The notes below the pieces were generated by a model. It was given only the letters and a program-made list of their open reading frames with translations, was not told the origin of the DNA and ran no database searches. Made by a program: the position numbers and the translations under genes. A stretch of DNA of 64,000 nt from Octopus sinensis (lineage: Eukaryota), in NCBI RefSeq assembly GCF_006345805.1, contig NC_043005.1:5580001-5644000 (forward strand). The letters run 5' to 3'. Each line of letters opens with the position of its first letter. The stretch's first letter is position 1. Shown one piece after another: positions 1-12,543 of the stretch.

Positions 1-621
1 CCATGCCATTGAGATGAAAATGAATTTCATCACTCATTAACAAAATGAGGTTGTCATTTGCCTCAAAAATTGCTTCCATCTGGCATGCAAAGTTAGGCTG
101 CTGCACATTGTCCCATGGTTTCAACTGCTGCTCAATGGGCAATTTGTACAGGTGGAAATGCAGGTCTTCATGCAAAATATGCCTCACTGAACAATTACCG
201 ATGCCGACTTCAGTGGGATGCCTCCAAGCAGAGTGATTCAGACTCCATATCAAAGCTTGTCTAATGCATTCCACATTTTCCAAGGTCTGTACCATTTGTG
301 GTATTCATTAGAGTACCTTGTGTACAAAATGCATTCATTCAACATAAGGTTGTGTTACGGGTGGGAACAACCCGAATTCAGTAAATGTTGAAGTGGCACT
401 GAAACTCACGCTGAACTGCTGTGACAAACTTGTTATTCTTCATGTAACTGTCCTAGGCAAACATGCGATGCTCTATCATCCACAGTGCCATGGCTTCACT
501 TGAAAAGAAAAATAAATGCTAAGACACAACAGACCGAATGGTAACTGTCAAGCATATGCTCTACCCCCTGGGGCTGAGTAATAGCCATTTCAAAAACGTC
601 CATCCTCTCTGCCCCACCCTG
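1..621 (-). mobile_element. Decayed Tc1/mariner element, 5' part (cut by window edge)
   Basis: Minus strand starts TA/CAGGGTGGGGC (TIR-like, ends at 621); from 491 MALWMIEHRMFA*DSYMKNNKFVTAVQREFQCHF... to LILLMSDEIHFHLNG (first catalytic D, SDE motif); in-frame stops. Confidence 0.75.
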
Positions 622-1624
622 TACTATAGTCTCAAGCTCACCGAAATCTTGTGAGTGGATTTGGAAGATAGAAACTGAAAGAAGCCCTTTTTTCAGTATC
701 TGCCTACTTATCCTGCTCTTACTTCATGCAAGATTTCTGCATTAATGTTTCAGCTTATATTTACTGTCTATCCAAGGTAGACATACTCCTTCACCTTCTC
801 AATTTTATCACTTTCCACCACTATTTAGTCTTGTATACAGTTTTCAGACAGTGTGTATTTTGTTTCCATCACACACCCTTTCTACTCACTATCATTTTTG
901 TCTTTCACCCTGTAAAGAGGCTGGTAAGTGAGTAAAGACAAGGGGTCATGGAGATGCCATTAGTTTTATTGAGGACATGACTTTGCTCGCATGCTGGTCC
1001 CATAAAAAAAAAAAAACGCTTTATAAAGTGATTTGTGTTAGGAAAGGCATCAAGGCATAGAAAACAAATTACAAGTTAGATGAAGTTCTCTGACCCATCA
1101 AAGTTAAAAATACTCTTGAACATATGCAGACTTCAACAATGACAACCTGTCCAACCCATGCTAGCATGGAAAGCAGACGTAAAACAACAATGATGATAAT
1201 GAGTAAGCTAGTTACTACACGGTCATAAACAATAGCATAAAAACAAAAAAAAAAAAACTTTATCTCCCTTATTTGTTTAGCCAGATGTAAAAAATGCTAG
1301 CTAACTTCTGATATTTTCCCCAAATAACTATTTTCTTTACTTATGTTTATTTCTGACTAGCAGAGGCATCCGGTGTTGCCTGGGAATTAAATTTTTCCTT
1401 ATATATTGGAAGAAAAATGCAAAATATGCTGTACAGAAATTTGTTATTCTAAATTGAATTTATTCTTCAATTGAGAAATCAATTCTGAATTCATAATATA
1501 AAAATAATAATAACTATAAAAAATAAAAAATCTTATCACATGCACTGCATTGTTCTGGAATGCAACCAACTCTGTGATGTCATAATTTGTCGTTTGCTAT
1601 GTCTCTTGAAGTTAAGTCACTAAT

Positions 1625-2500
1625 TTAACAGTCTGTTTTTGGCAGTCCAGAGCCAGACACTTGTGAATTTTTGCCTCCCATGGCCAAAACTTGATCCTCA
1701 GTTTCAATCAGTGCTTGATTAAAAATTGCTTCAGAGAAGTGAATATTGACATCTGGGTTTGCCTGTTGAACTGCATACTTTAAGTCCTCGGCCATGTCCT
1801 CATGATGTTTTATCCAAAGCTGTAGGGGACTGCCAGGTTGACACATGTTCAGTATAATTGCAAAAAGGTTATGGAATTTCCTTGGAGAATCTGATACTGA
1901 TGCTTCAGTCAATGCAAGGTCCCAATGCTTATCATTTTCTGAAAAATCTTGTTGATAGCATGCTTCCCTATAAATTTCACACACATAACCATTTACCCTC
2001 CTTGAATCTTGGAATGATTTCGGACCATGTACTTCATGCAAAAGGAGGCGTAAGTAGTAGCATTCTGCTTGGCTTGGGTGGACACTGTAAACTCTTGCAA
2101 GAGCATCAGCCCCACCTTTCCTCTTGTGCCATTTATTGTTTCTACAGGTGTAATACTTGGGTAATTGTGTGTAAAAGAGTTTTCTTGCATCTTCATCTAC
2201 TCAATACAACTTTAAAAATAGGCAGTAAGGATAGTTTCTTATGGAAAAAGTGCTTGTTATAAGGCTGTTTTTTTTGTAGAGATACTTCTGTGGCCATTCT
2301 CTAGATGGACAGTCAGATGAATGATGGCTGTGTGCCTCTCATGAATGGGAAAATTGAAGATGCACCAAAAAGCCTCATTGGTACTGATGTGTCTTCCTCT
2401 GTCATATTGTGCAACTTTGTCATTTTTATTTATCTGCTGACTGCCATTCTTGCATTAGAGTGTATGTTGCAGCATCTAAACATTTGTTTATATATTTGAA
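1625..2500 (-). mobile_element. Helitron RepHel remnant (Rep-to-helicase linker)
   Basis: Frameshifted pieces KYINK.LDAA, QYDRGRHISTNEAFWCIFNFPIHERHTAIIHLTVHLENG, ARVYSVHPSQAECYYLRLLLHEVHGPKSF, WDLALTEASVSDSPRKFHNLFAIIL match Helitron RepHel motifs. Confidence 0.85.
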
Positions 2501-2784
2501 AACATACTTGATAGAGTTAACAGAGTTGCAGAATCCAACATTGACTCTGGCTACCTGTACTCGTCTTTGCTTCACTGTTGAATACTGATCATCTACATCT
2601 ACCCTGACTCCTCTCTAGAGAGTGAGAACATTGTTCTCGGAAACTCTTACGAAAATTAAAATGGTGATTAAGTGAAAAAATTAGTTATGTGAATATCTTC
2701 ACTAGAGTAATTGAAATAAATGGCAATTATGGAACATCCCATGCACACACACACACACACAATATCAAACATCAGATGAAATGG

Positions 2785-2818
<34 letters not shown>

Positions 2819-3253
2819 ATGAGAGAGAGAGAGAAATGGTGTGTTGTCATGTATAGATACATAAATATGCATACATCATTTTGTGTGTGCGTGTATGTAT
2901 GAGAGAGAGAGAAAGAGAGTGAATGCCATTTAGACATCACTCTCTCTCTGTCTCACACATACACACACACACACATACATGCAAAAAAGATGTATGCATA
3001 TGTATTTATGTATGTATGTATACATGACAATACACACCTTGACTAACTCACTCTCTCTCTTTTACAAGCACACACACATACATAAATGTATACAAATGTA
3101 CTTATAAAAACACACGTGTGCGTGTGTGACTGACTTGTGTGTGTGTGTGTGTGAGAGAAAGAGAGAGAGAGAGAGAGAGAGGGCGAAAGACAATCTTGCG
3201 AAGAATGAATGAAATAAGCATGAAATGAAAAAGTCATAAATAAAAGCTCCTGT

Positions 3254-3600
3254 ATGGAATATTTAATAAATCTCATGGAATTTATTATTGAAGCTTTAAA
3301 ATTTATTCACTGGAACAATTCTTATTTGATACCAACTGCTACTAATAAAAATGTGGAATTGTGTGGGAACAGAAGTAGCTCAGTTCATGCAAACCTAATA
3401 ATGGGATATTTAGAATTAACTATATATCAAGTAGCACTACAAAAATATGGATACTTATTTTACCAATATATAAGAGAGAATTGAAAAAGATATCTAGATG
3501 ACTGCTTTATCCTTTATAATGAGAATATTGATAACATCTTAAAATTTAAATCACTGCACAATAGAATAAATCTAAATATTCAATTTGCAATGAAGTACAA
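3254..3600 (+). mobile_element. Penelope-like element, RT fragment
   Basis: VHANLIMGYLE...REN*KRYLDDCFILY...NIQFAMKY, i.e. PLE RT motifs ANLxMGxxE and W-KRYLDD. Confidence 0.75.
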
Positions 3601-4200
3601 TGGGGCATGTAAGTATGATAAGATGTACTTCCTTTCATGCAGGCAAGGATAAAAAATTTTTATTTCTACAGTTTAGGCAGATGTCTGGGTGCTGAGAGTT
3701 CTTTAATATCACTTTATCTCAGCCAAACATAACCTACACTTCCTGCTGCTATTGAAGCAAGCTTTACATCTCTCTAATATCTTCTACAATATAGTGTACT
3801 TGGTGGTACTTTCTTTCTATGATCATACATGCTTGGTCAAGTTTGTCTCTCCATGATGTTGAAGGAGGATTTGTGGTTGTTATAACAAGTTATGAAAGAG
3901 CCTTCAGTTGACCCTACATACTTTTACATGTTTGGTTGCCCATTTGGTCCAATTGCTGTTACCCCTGCCTCATACACGACAGTTTCTGTATTACAGTGGA
4001 TGTTCAATGGACATATGTTACCCCTACAAGAGCATCCTACCTCTATCTCAGGTGTGGGTCTACCTACCGATATCTTTTTAACATTGGGTGCACAGCTAAA
4101 GGAAATCCTCAGGGTGTACCTATTTAAATATAGTATTAAATAGTTCTGCCGAAATTTCTAGAAGTTTTGACTGAATGTTATAAAAACTGAGATACTGAAC
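3601..4200 (-). mobile_element. Penelope-like element, GIY-YIG C-terminal fragment
   Basis: LNRYTLRISFSCAPNVKK, CSCRGNICPL, VVYEAGV..KYVGSTEGSF..YNNHKSSF, CLNCRN..CLHERKYILS; degenerate. Confidence 0.75.
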
Positions 4201-4448
4201 TACCAAACAGAATAACTTCAGGAATTCTGTCGGTCAGTTCTCATCTTTTCTACTTATTCTGTCATGAATAACCATGAATTATTTTCATATAAATAAAATA
4301 TTTTATGCAATGGAAACTTCAGACTATCATAGTTATTGTCTCACTCATGATGTTTCATTCAAATAACTGTTATAAGTATGTAAATGCAGATATACAGGTG
4401 ATAAAAAAATATGGAAAGTTATATAAATATTTGTGCAGTCATTCTCAC

Positions 4449-4526
4449 CTTCACACACAGCCAACCTAATATTGTGTACTACCAATGAGGAATTAATGAT
4501 TGAGGACCTCAACAAAGATGGTCCCA
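4449..4526 (-). CDS. Candidate downstream exon
   Basis: tttgcaattttag acceptor, AAG/gtgaga donor; 78 nt, phase 1-1 (compatible with exon O); GPSLLRSSIINSSLVVHNIRLAVCE; no homology support. Confidence 0.3.
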
Positions 4527-5828
4527 CTAAAATTGCAAACAGGGTGTTATCAATAGATTCACATCTTCAGCTTTTGATTTCCATCTATTTTAAGTTCGAC
4601 TTCTACAAATCACATAAATTGTCATTTAAATATGAATAATGACAGAGTGAACTGGGTGAATTCTATGTAGAAATTAAAGTTTAGACTCTGTTAATTTATT
4701 AAACAGATTGTTTGTAACTTCTAGTTTAATAATCTCTGATATAAATGTCAGCTGGTTGATTTGTCCAGTCACACTTTAAATGCTATAAAGAGAGAGGGAA
4801 GAGAGAATTAAAGCAAACAGCACACATACTAGGCTTGGTGGCAGGAGAAGGAGTGGGAGTAAATAACAGAATAGCTGCGAGAAGAGTTACAGAAATGAGA
4901 AAATTGTTTTATTTTAAAGTAATGAATATTTTTCTTTAGAAAATTATTCATTTCATCATTTTATGTAAGCATCAAGAAATTTGATATAAGTTAAATTATA
5001 ATTCTTGTATGTATTCCACATTTCTTTATATTACTGAAGATAGCAGAAATATAGTGCCAAAGTTACCCATCAAATGACAAGTAATAAGTCAGTTGAAATA
5101 TAATTGATGACAGGACAATCTGGTTGAAATTTTATGTAAAACTTAAACTTCAGTAGCACTACTATGTAAAACGCATCTGTGCCAGTACCATGTAAAAAGC
5201 ATCTGTAAAGTGGTTGTTGTTAGGAAGGGTAGCCAGTCATAGAAACCATACTTAAACAGATAATTGGAATATGATGCAGCTCTCTGGCTGGCCAGCTTCT
5301 ATCAAACTCCTATCAAACTGTCCAACCAGTGCCAGCATGGAAAACGGACATTAAATGATGATGATGATATTGATGATGAGTTTCTGTTAATTTAAATCAT
5401 TCATCTCAATGGACAGTAAAAATATAAAACTAACAGATATGTAAATTAATTGTTCTAGTTTATTAAATGATAATATAGGTCTTGTTTCTTTTTTTTTCAA
5501 ATGGATCTAATTCAACATTGATCACACTTGTAGAAAAATCAATATCTGCCTGATGATAATTAAAAGGGTTATTAAGTAGTTCCATTTTCTCCTGATATGT
5601 AACAGCTTGTTTTATGGATTTGTGTGTGCATGCGCATGATATATATATATATATACATATATATAGTTCTGATATATTCTGTTAAGAATGTAGTACAGTA
5701 TAAAGCTCATCCACCTTCAGATTTTACCTTGTGTTATCTAGTAGTAGTATTGGACACACTTCCAGGTTTGTATTTGGGCATCTGCCATGTGTGAATAGAT
5801 ACTTTAAAAAATTTGGACTCAGTGAGAG

Positions 5829-6046
5829 GGAGTATGGTTGGACATTTATTTTTTAGTCACTACAGTTGTTTCCACACAACATAGTTCTCCAGGCATGCAG
5901 GTACTTGATTATGCAACTGTTTCCCTGCACTATGAGATCTCATAATGCAGGGAAGCAGTTGCATAATCAAGTACCTGCATGCCTGGAGAACTACACTGCA
6001 TGGAAACAATTGTAGTGATTAAAAAATAATGTACAACTGTACTCCT
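5829..6046. repeat. Spacerless ~215-bp palindrome (fold-back)
   Basis: Axis TATGAGA/TCTCATA between 5937 and 5938; ~100-bp arms with few mismatches. Confidence 0.92.
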
Positions 6047-6069
6047 TGTTGACTCTAAATTTTTTCAAT

Positions 6070-6123
<54 letters not shown>

Positions 6124-6126
<3 letters not shown>

Positions 6127-6463
6127 TGAGACCCCCTTCAGTCATGACTGACCCTGGGATTGCACCTAGAAAGTTACTCTCACAGGCACAAGTCCGGGCA
6201 AGGTTGTTTATGAAAGACCAGCAGTCACCCATGCATACCAGCCTCCCCTCTCCATGCCACTGATGTTATCCAAGGGAAAGGCAAGGGCCGATACAGCTTG
6301 GCACCTGTGATGTCACAACTCATCTCTACAAATGAGTGAACTGGAGCAACGTGAAATAAAGTGTCTTGCTCAAGAACACAACACGCAGCCCAGTCCGGGA
6401 TTCAAACTCACAACCTCACGATCGTAAGCTTGATGCTCTAGCCACTGAGCCATGTGTCTTCAC
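6124..6463 (-). mobile_element. tRNA-head SINE family B
   Basis: Minus strand TGGCTCAGTGG A-box, GAGTTTGAATCCC B-box, core TTCTTGAGCAAGACACTTTATTTCAC, 3' end GGGGTCTCAGC + (TA)n; copies 32390-32730(+), 31735-32010(+), 26240-26570(+), 25930-26140(-). Confidence 0.85.
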
Positions 6464-6566
6464 ACACATATATACATACTCTATATATATACACATACAC
6501 ACACACATATATATATATACTCTAAATAACTGATATGGAAGACTGAGTATGTTGGAAACTTTATTT

Positions 6567-6673
6567 ATCACAACGATCATTTTGGCATAATTGTACACTG
6601 CTCCCTAGTAGGTGGAGAATGATATAATGAATTTCAATGTACCCCACAATGCAGAAATGCCTCATCAGGTGCC
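6567..6673 (-). ncRNA. Degenerate hammerhead motif, mirror arm
   Basis: Minus strand GGCAC-CTGATGA-GGCATTTC...TTATGCC-AAAAT-GATC-GTT-GTGAT; G12 mutated to A, consistent with CpG decay. Confidence 0.55.
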
Positions 6674-6760
6674 ATAACAGGATTTGAGATATGACTACAA
6701 TTGACATCATTTAGCTAAGCCTATGAGCAAAATGTCAACTATGTAACTTGGAATCCTGTC

Positions 6761-6867
6761 GTCACCTGATGAGGCATTTCTGCACTGTGGGGTGCATTGG
6801 AATTCATTATATCATTCCCTACCCACTAGGGATCAGTGCAGAATCATGCTGAAACAATTGTTGTGAT
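6761..6867 (+). ncRNA. Type I hammerhead ribozyme motif (one core-adjacent substitution)
   Basis: GTCAC-CTGATGA-GGCATTTCTGCAC...GTGCAGAATCATGCT-GAAAC-AATT-GTT-GTGAT: stem I GUCAC/GUGAU, core CUGAUGA and GAAA, palindromic stem III ACAAUUGU, GUU cleavage triplet. Confidence 0.7.
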
Positions 6868-7141
6868 AAATAAAGTTTTCAGTATACTCTGTCTTCCGTA
6901 TCAATTATTTAGAATATATTCAATGTGCACTGAGGAATTCTTAATGTAGATCCAGTGATGAATGTGCATTTACTGTGGATGACACCAGGTAGCCATAAGA
7001 GGTGAATGTTCCCTGCCAGCACACTACTAGGGACATACCCAAAATACAGTTTGTATGCTAAATTTTTGAGACCTCAGGTTTACAAGTTTTATTTTATAAT
7101 AATTTTTTCATGCACAAGATCCAAATTTTGAATGAAGTGTA

Positions 7142-8432
7142 TGAGGGGCGTTCAATAAGTAATGCCCCTGACCCACTTCCCATAGCAGTAGAGCAACGAA
7201 ACTTGGCACAGTTATTAGTCTTTTTCTACATAGGAACCACCCAGAGTTACGCATTTCTCGCATCGTTTGATGCAGCTCTGGGGACAGTTTTTGTAGAAGA
7301 CCCCAGCTTGGTCCTCCAACCACGACGTGAATTCAGAAATCAAGGCTGTATCATCTGGGAAACGCTTTCCTTTCAAAAACAACTTCATGGCTGGGAAGAG
7401 GTGAAAATCAGAGGGTGCAAGGTCAGGAGAGTAGGGGGGATGGGGGAGAAGTTCATAGCCGCACGCCTGTGCTTCTGATCTGGCGACACGCGAATTGTGG
7501 ACCGGAGCGTTTCCTGCAGGAGGAGGATGCCTTTGCTGATCTTGCCCCACCTCTTGATTTTGATAGCTTCTCTTAATTTCCTCAAAAGTGAAGCATAATA
7601 GGCTCCTGTAATTGTGGTACCCTTTGCCAGGAAATTTGTCATCACTACTCCGTCCTGGTCCCAGAAGACTGTGAGCATGACCTTGCCAGCGGAGGGTTGC
7701 ACCCTTGCCTTCTTTGGAGGAGGTGAGTCACGGTGCTTCCACTGCATTGACTGGGCTTTGGTCTCTGGATCATAGTGATGGACCCAGGTTTCATCCTGTG
7801 TAATCAGTCTTTTGAAAATTTTGACTCATCTTCTTGGCACATCTCCAAATTCATCCTCGAGCACTCAACGCGTTCTTGCTTCTGGAAAGGTGTGAGCAAC
7901 CTGGGAATCCATCTGGCAGACACCTTTTGCATATGCAAATAATCATGAATGATAGTTTCCACAGACCCGGTACTAATCTTGACCTCATGGGCTATTTGGC
8001 GAATAGTTATGCGTCGATCTTCCAAAATGGCAACCTCAACTTGACGGACAGATGCCTCATCAATGGCAGAAGGGGGACGACCAGATCTGGGAGCTGTTTC
8101 CACAGAGTTCCGACCATGTTTGAATTCACGATGCCAGCATTTTACAAGGTCATATGATGGGGCATCATCACCATAAGTTACTTTCATTTCATCAAAAGTC
8201 TCCCGTGGTGTGCGTCCTTTCAAATACAAAAACCGGATCACTGCTCGACACTCAACAGGCTCCATTTCACACTTGACTCAGTTCAAACACCTGTAAATCA
8301 GAAACCACAATTAGTTCAGAGCTGTAATTTTTCACTTAATCTATAGAGATATAAATAATTGCACATGCAAACTTTCAGCTAGCTCAAACAACTGCAAGTG
8401 GGTCAGAGGCATTACTTATTGAACGCCCCTCG
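7142..8432 (-). mobile_element. Full-length mariner transposon (DD34D), 1291 bp, transposase broken by two 1-bp deletions
   Basis: TA at 7140-7141 and 8433-8434; ~37-bp TIRs GAGGGGCGTTCAATAAGTAATGCC; ORF from 8265 with WIPRLL, ITQDETW, Q[D]NAPVH (frameshift near 7510), HPPYSPDLAPSDF; other frameshift near 7818. Confidence 0.96.
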
Positions 8433-9344
8433 TAAAAGTTTCTACTACCATAACAAATGCCTCTGTGTATTACTGAGAAATCTATAGAGAGCAAAAAAAA
8501 GCTTCTTCTAGACATCTTTTATAAAGAAATTTACAAGTCCATCAACAAGTGTGTGGGAATCAGTAATAATGTCTACAGGTGATGGTGTGCAAAAGTCTGG
8601 TGTGAGTGCAAGTGATAATAATAGTAGTTTTATATATATAGATGATCTTGACATTCTCTTTATATTACATAAAATATTCTTTATGTTCTACTGTTGTTTT
8701 ATTGCCATTCATTTGCCAGTATTATAAATTTATTAGTAAAATATTTTTTTGGGAACAAATTACGATTTATAACATTGCTACTATGGCAAATCATTGCTCT
8801 GCTTTATGAGTTTTCACTTTATGAGTGGTCTCCGGGAACAAATTAACTTGTATATTGAAACATTACTGTATAAACACACACACACACACACACTTGTTTC
8901 AGTTATTGGACTATGGTCATGCTGGGGTACAGCCTTAGTTGAACAAATTGACCCCAGATCTTTTTTTAAAACTTGGTACTTATTCTATCAGTATCTTTTG
9001 CTGAGCTGCTGAATTACAGAGGCATAAACAAACCAACACTGGTTGTCAAGCGGTACTGAGGAACAAACACATACAGAGAGACACACACATAGATATATGT
9101 ATATGGATGACAGGCTTCTTTTTTTTTTCTACAGTAAAAGACAATTATGTGTGTGTGTGTGTGTTTACATACATCCATACATCATCATCGTTTGGCATCT
9201 GTTTTCCATTTTGACATAGGTTGGATGGTTTGATCACAGCTAAAAAGTTGGAGAGCTGTGCCAGGTTCCAATCTGATTTGACTTGATTTCTACAGCTGGA
9301 TGCCCTTCTTAATGCCAACCACTGTGCTGGGTGCTTTGCACATG

Positions 9345-9510
9345 GCACTGGCATGAGCGCCTTTTACATGGACCAGCATGGGCGCTTTTTAAATGAGCCA
9401 GCACAAGAGTGCTTATTATGTGGACTGGTACAGGTACATTTTAGATGAGCCAGCACAGATGTTTTTAACGTGGACCAGCACAAGTGCTTGTTACATGGAC
9501 CAGCACAGGT
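9345..9510. repeat. Diverged ~24-bp minisatellite
   Basis: Recurring ACATGGACCAGCACA / ATGAGCCAGCACA units, about 6-7 copies. Confidence 0.6.
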
Positions 9511-9899
9511 GGGTTTGGTCTTCATGAGATATCTCAGCCCTTTGTTGTCTCCTTCATAAGGCCCAGTGTCCTCAGACCAGCCTTCAGTACTTCATCCCAT
9601 GTCTTCCTGGATCTCACTTTTCCACTAGTTCCATTCACCTTAAGTATTCAGCCCTTCTTTATGCAGCTGTCTACATACATCTGCATTATGTGACCAAACC
9701 AGTGCAGTCTTCTCTCTTGCACACTGCATCTAATTCTTCTCAATGCCTAACTTTTCTCTCAATACAATAGCACTCTGTTGCACATGTACACTTCTATTGC
9801 ACATCTAACAAAGCATACTAATTTACACAAACACACACACACATATATATACATACACATATATGTACATATATACTAACAAATATACATATGTATGTT

Positions 9900-9907
9900 T
9901 GTATATA

Positions 9908-9943
<36 letters not shown>

Positions 9944-9950
9944 TAGATAG

Positions 9951-10015
<65 letters not shown>

Positions 10016-10035
10016 TACATACATACATACATATG
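9900..10035. repeat. Compound (TA)n/(GATA)n/(CATA)n
   Basis: Direct read; similar tracts at 42300-42490, 45020-45180, 49550-49650, 57760-57980, 16228-16368, 23652-23790. Confidence 0.93.
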
Positions 10036-12506
10036 TATGTACAAAAAATACATTTTTTGTGTGGGTATGGGTGTGTGTATAGCAAATGAAAAGCAACAAA
10101 AGTCAAAAGGACATACTCAATGAGTGTAATAGATTGGCACTCAGAGAAAGTTTAAGATGGGAAAAAGAGGGGTGTGATATTTTGAGCATGGCTCTTTGTC
10201 AGAAAGTGTAAAAAGGATAAAGTCCAGAGAGAAGGAAAAGAATTGTCTGAGGAAAGCAAATGTGTCATTATATGGCTGAAAATAACTGACAAGGAGTGGA
10301 GAGAGATAGAGAAAGTGGTTTTTGAAGGTAGGAGAGTGTGAAAATGGTCTGTGTGTGTGTGGTAATATCTGTGTACATGTATGTTTGTGTTTATGTGAGC
10401 GAGGCATGTGTGAAGTAGTGGAGCAAACAGGTTAGTAGCAGTTGTTAGATTTGGTGGTCAAGAGAGAGACAGTCAGATTGATGGATAGGTGTTGTGTAAT
10501 TTAGATAAGAAGAAAAAAAGCAGTTTTCAGTTTAAAATATCTGTGATACAAATTTACATTGAAATTATAACATGTTCATATGTTGTATAGTTCAGCTACT
10601 TTGGTTAATTGACAGATTCATGAGTTTAAAGTGAACAGCCATCACATTAATCAGTAAACAATCCCCTTGATTTAGACATAATTAAATAAATATCATGGTT
10701 GTCATCAGAAAATTTATGTCAATTTTTTTCAATGTCAAATCAATTCTGAGACAAAATATGTCAGACCTGACCTGGCCATTCCTTATATCTTCATTGGTCT
10801 ACCTCTGCAGTAGCCGCTGTCTGCTTATCAAATCATAGTACTTTACCACCCAATATGTCTCAATCATTTACACCTTCTATTCTTGTCAAGATTTCCCCCA
10901 AATTCTTTAACCAATAGCTTTGATGCTCAGTTATATTCTTCATTTGATCTTTCACTCATTCATATCTGCTTTACAACATTTTTCTTTTTAACTGTTGTCC
11001 CATTTCTTTTACTAACACACAAACTAGGATGTTATCCTAATGACTGTTGTTATACATCATTAACTACTGAAGAGCAAAGAATGGTAGAATTGATTGAATA
11101 TCATTATTTTTCCTTATGTCCACTTTTCCATGCTTATATGGGTCAGATGGAGTGTTTTGCTAGGGCAGATTTTCTTTGGCCTAATTTATTTCTAGTCACT
11201 AAACCTGTTTCCAACCAAAATAATGTTTCTCCATGACTAGACATGTTTTTATAGCAGACTGGAAATGAACAACACCACTTGGGCAACGACGACACTTTGC
11301 CTTGACATCTATTGAATGTTGTCGAGGCAAGGACGCACACACACAGACACACAGACACACGCATGCACGCACACACATGCATGCACGCACACATGCATGC
11401 ACGCACGCACACACACACACGCGCACACACACACACACACACACACACTCACAGAGTTTCAACCCTTGTGTCTTTATTAGAAATTGTCATTTGCTTGTAA
11501 CTTTTATTTCAACAGACTCCTATCACCTCCAACACCAACTATTTCAGTAGTAGTAGTAGTAGTAGTAGTAGACATATGCATGGCATCCATCTTGCATTGT
11601 TGTTCAAACAATAAATGGTGAACATTAGCAAACATGTTTAATACAGACAAGCATATACATTGTAAACATAATTTGAATGGTAGACTTAGCCCATCGCCTA
11701 GTTTAACACCACCACCACCACCATTTTGTTCTTGGGGTACCTGAAACCTGTGATCCTTCCCCACTTCATCACAAGCATTCAAGCAAGACCTTTGTCTGGA
11801 AGCCCATGACAACAAAAAGGTATCTTATTTTTCAAGGACACTTCCTTTTCTTCTTTGATTAACAAAAACAAACAACCAACAACAAAAAAAAAGAAGAAAA
11901 GAAAGATAAAAAAATTAAATTCATTAAAACAAAGTGAAAGTTTTACAGCTGTAGTTCATTGACATACCTTGACTCATTTACATGACATGATCTTTAGATA
12001 AACTGTTGGTTGTTTGAACTAGTTTCTCTCAAAGTAGGCTGGGGGGTAGACATTGGGTATGACGGTCAGGGGTGGTGTCAAAGGGGCTAGCAAGGGATGG
12101 AGTGACAAATGTATTTGTACAGTCTTTCTCATTTATTTAAATATGAACCTTTCTGTTATATTTCTGCTGAAATAACACTACCTTTGTTTCTGTTAATTTT
12201 CAATTAAGTTTGAAAATAATGAAGGATTTAGTAAAATTAACTTTATTATTAAGTTTGTGTGAAAGATAGAAGGTTTTGATTTACTTCACTTCAAAACAAG
12301 AAGTTTGTATCATAGAACCAGGACTGGTTTCAGGCAGGTTGGTATCAAAAGGGTTAATCGTAATGTAATATATTAGACCACTTATTAATCACAATCATAA
12401 TGATGACAACATCAACGATAATGATAAGATTGCATTGTGAATAAGTTAATAAATAAAACTGTAAATATTTATTTACACAGACATACAAACATGCACTCTG
12501 TCTCTA

Positions 12507-12543
<37 letters not shown>

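Larger units (their letters stand above)
6521..6914. mobile_element. Fold-back element: ~165-bp inverted arms resembling PLE terminal repeats, ~60-bp spacer
   Basis: 6521-6685 is the reverse complement of ~6750-6914 at roughly 80-85% identity (by eye). Confidence 0.85.

Noticed and set aside
5035-5075. CTGAAGA...TGCCAAAG as another hammerhead
   Set aside because: No GAAAC and no convincing stems I or III.
7030-8500. Idea that the mariner interrupts an exon (good acceptor near 8490, donor near 7040)
   Set aside because: After removing the element and one TA, all three frames contain stops.
11504-11815. 103-aa ORF with GGGGG and TTTT runs
   Set aside because: Runs come from (CAC)n and (TAG)n; no recognisable family or splice pattern.
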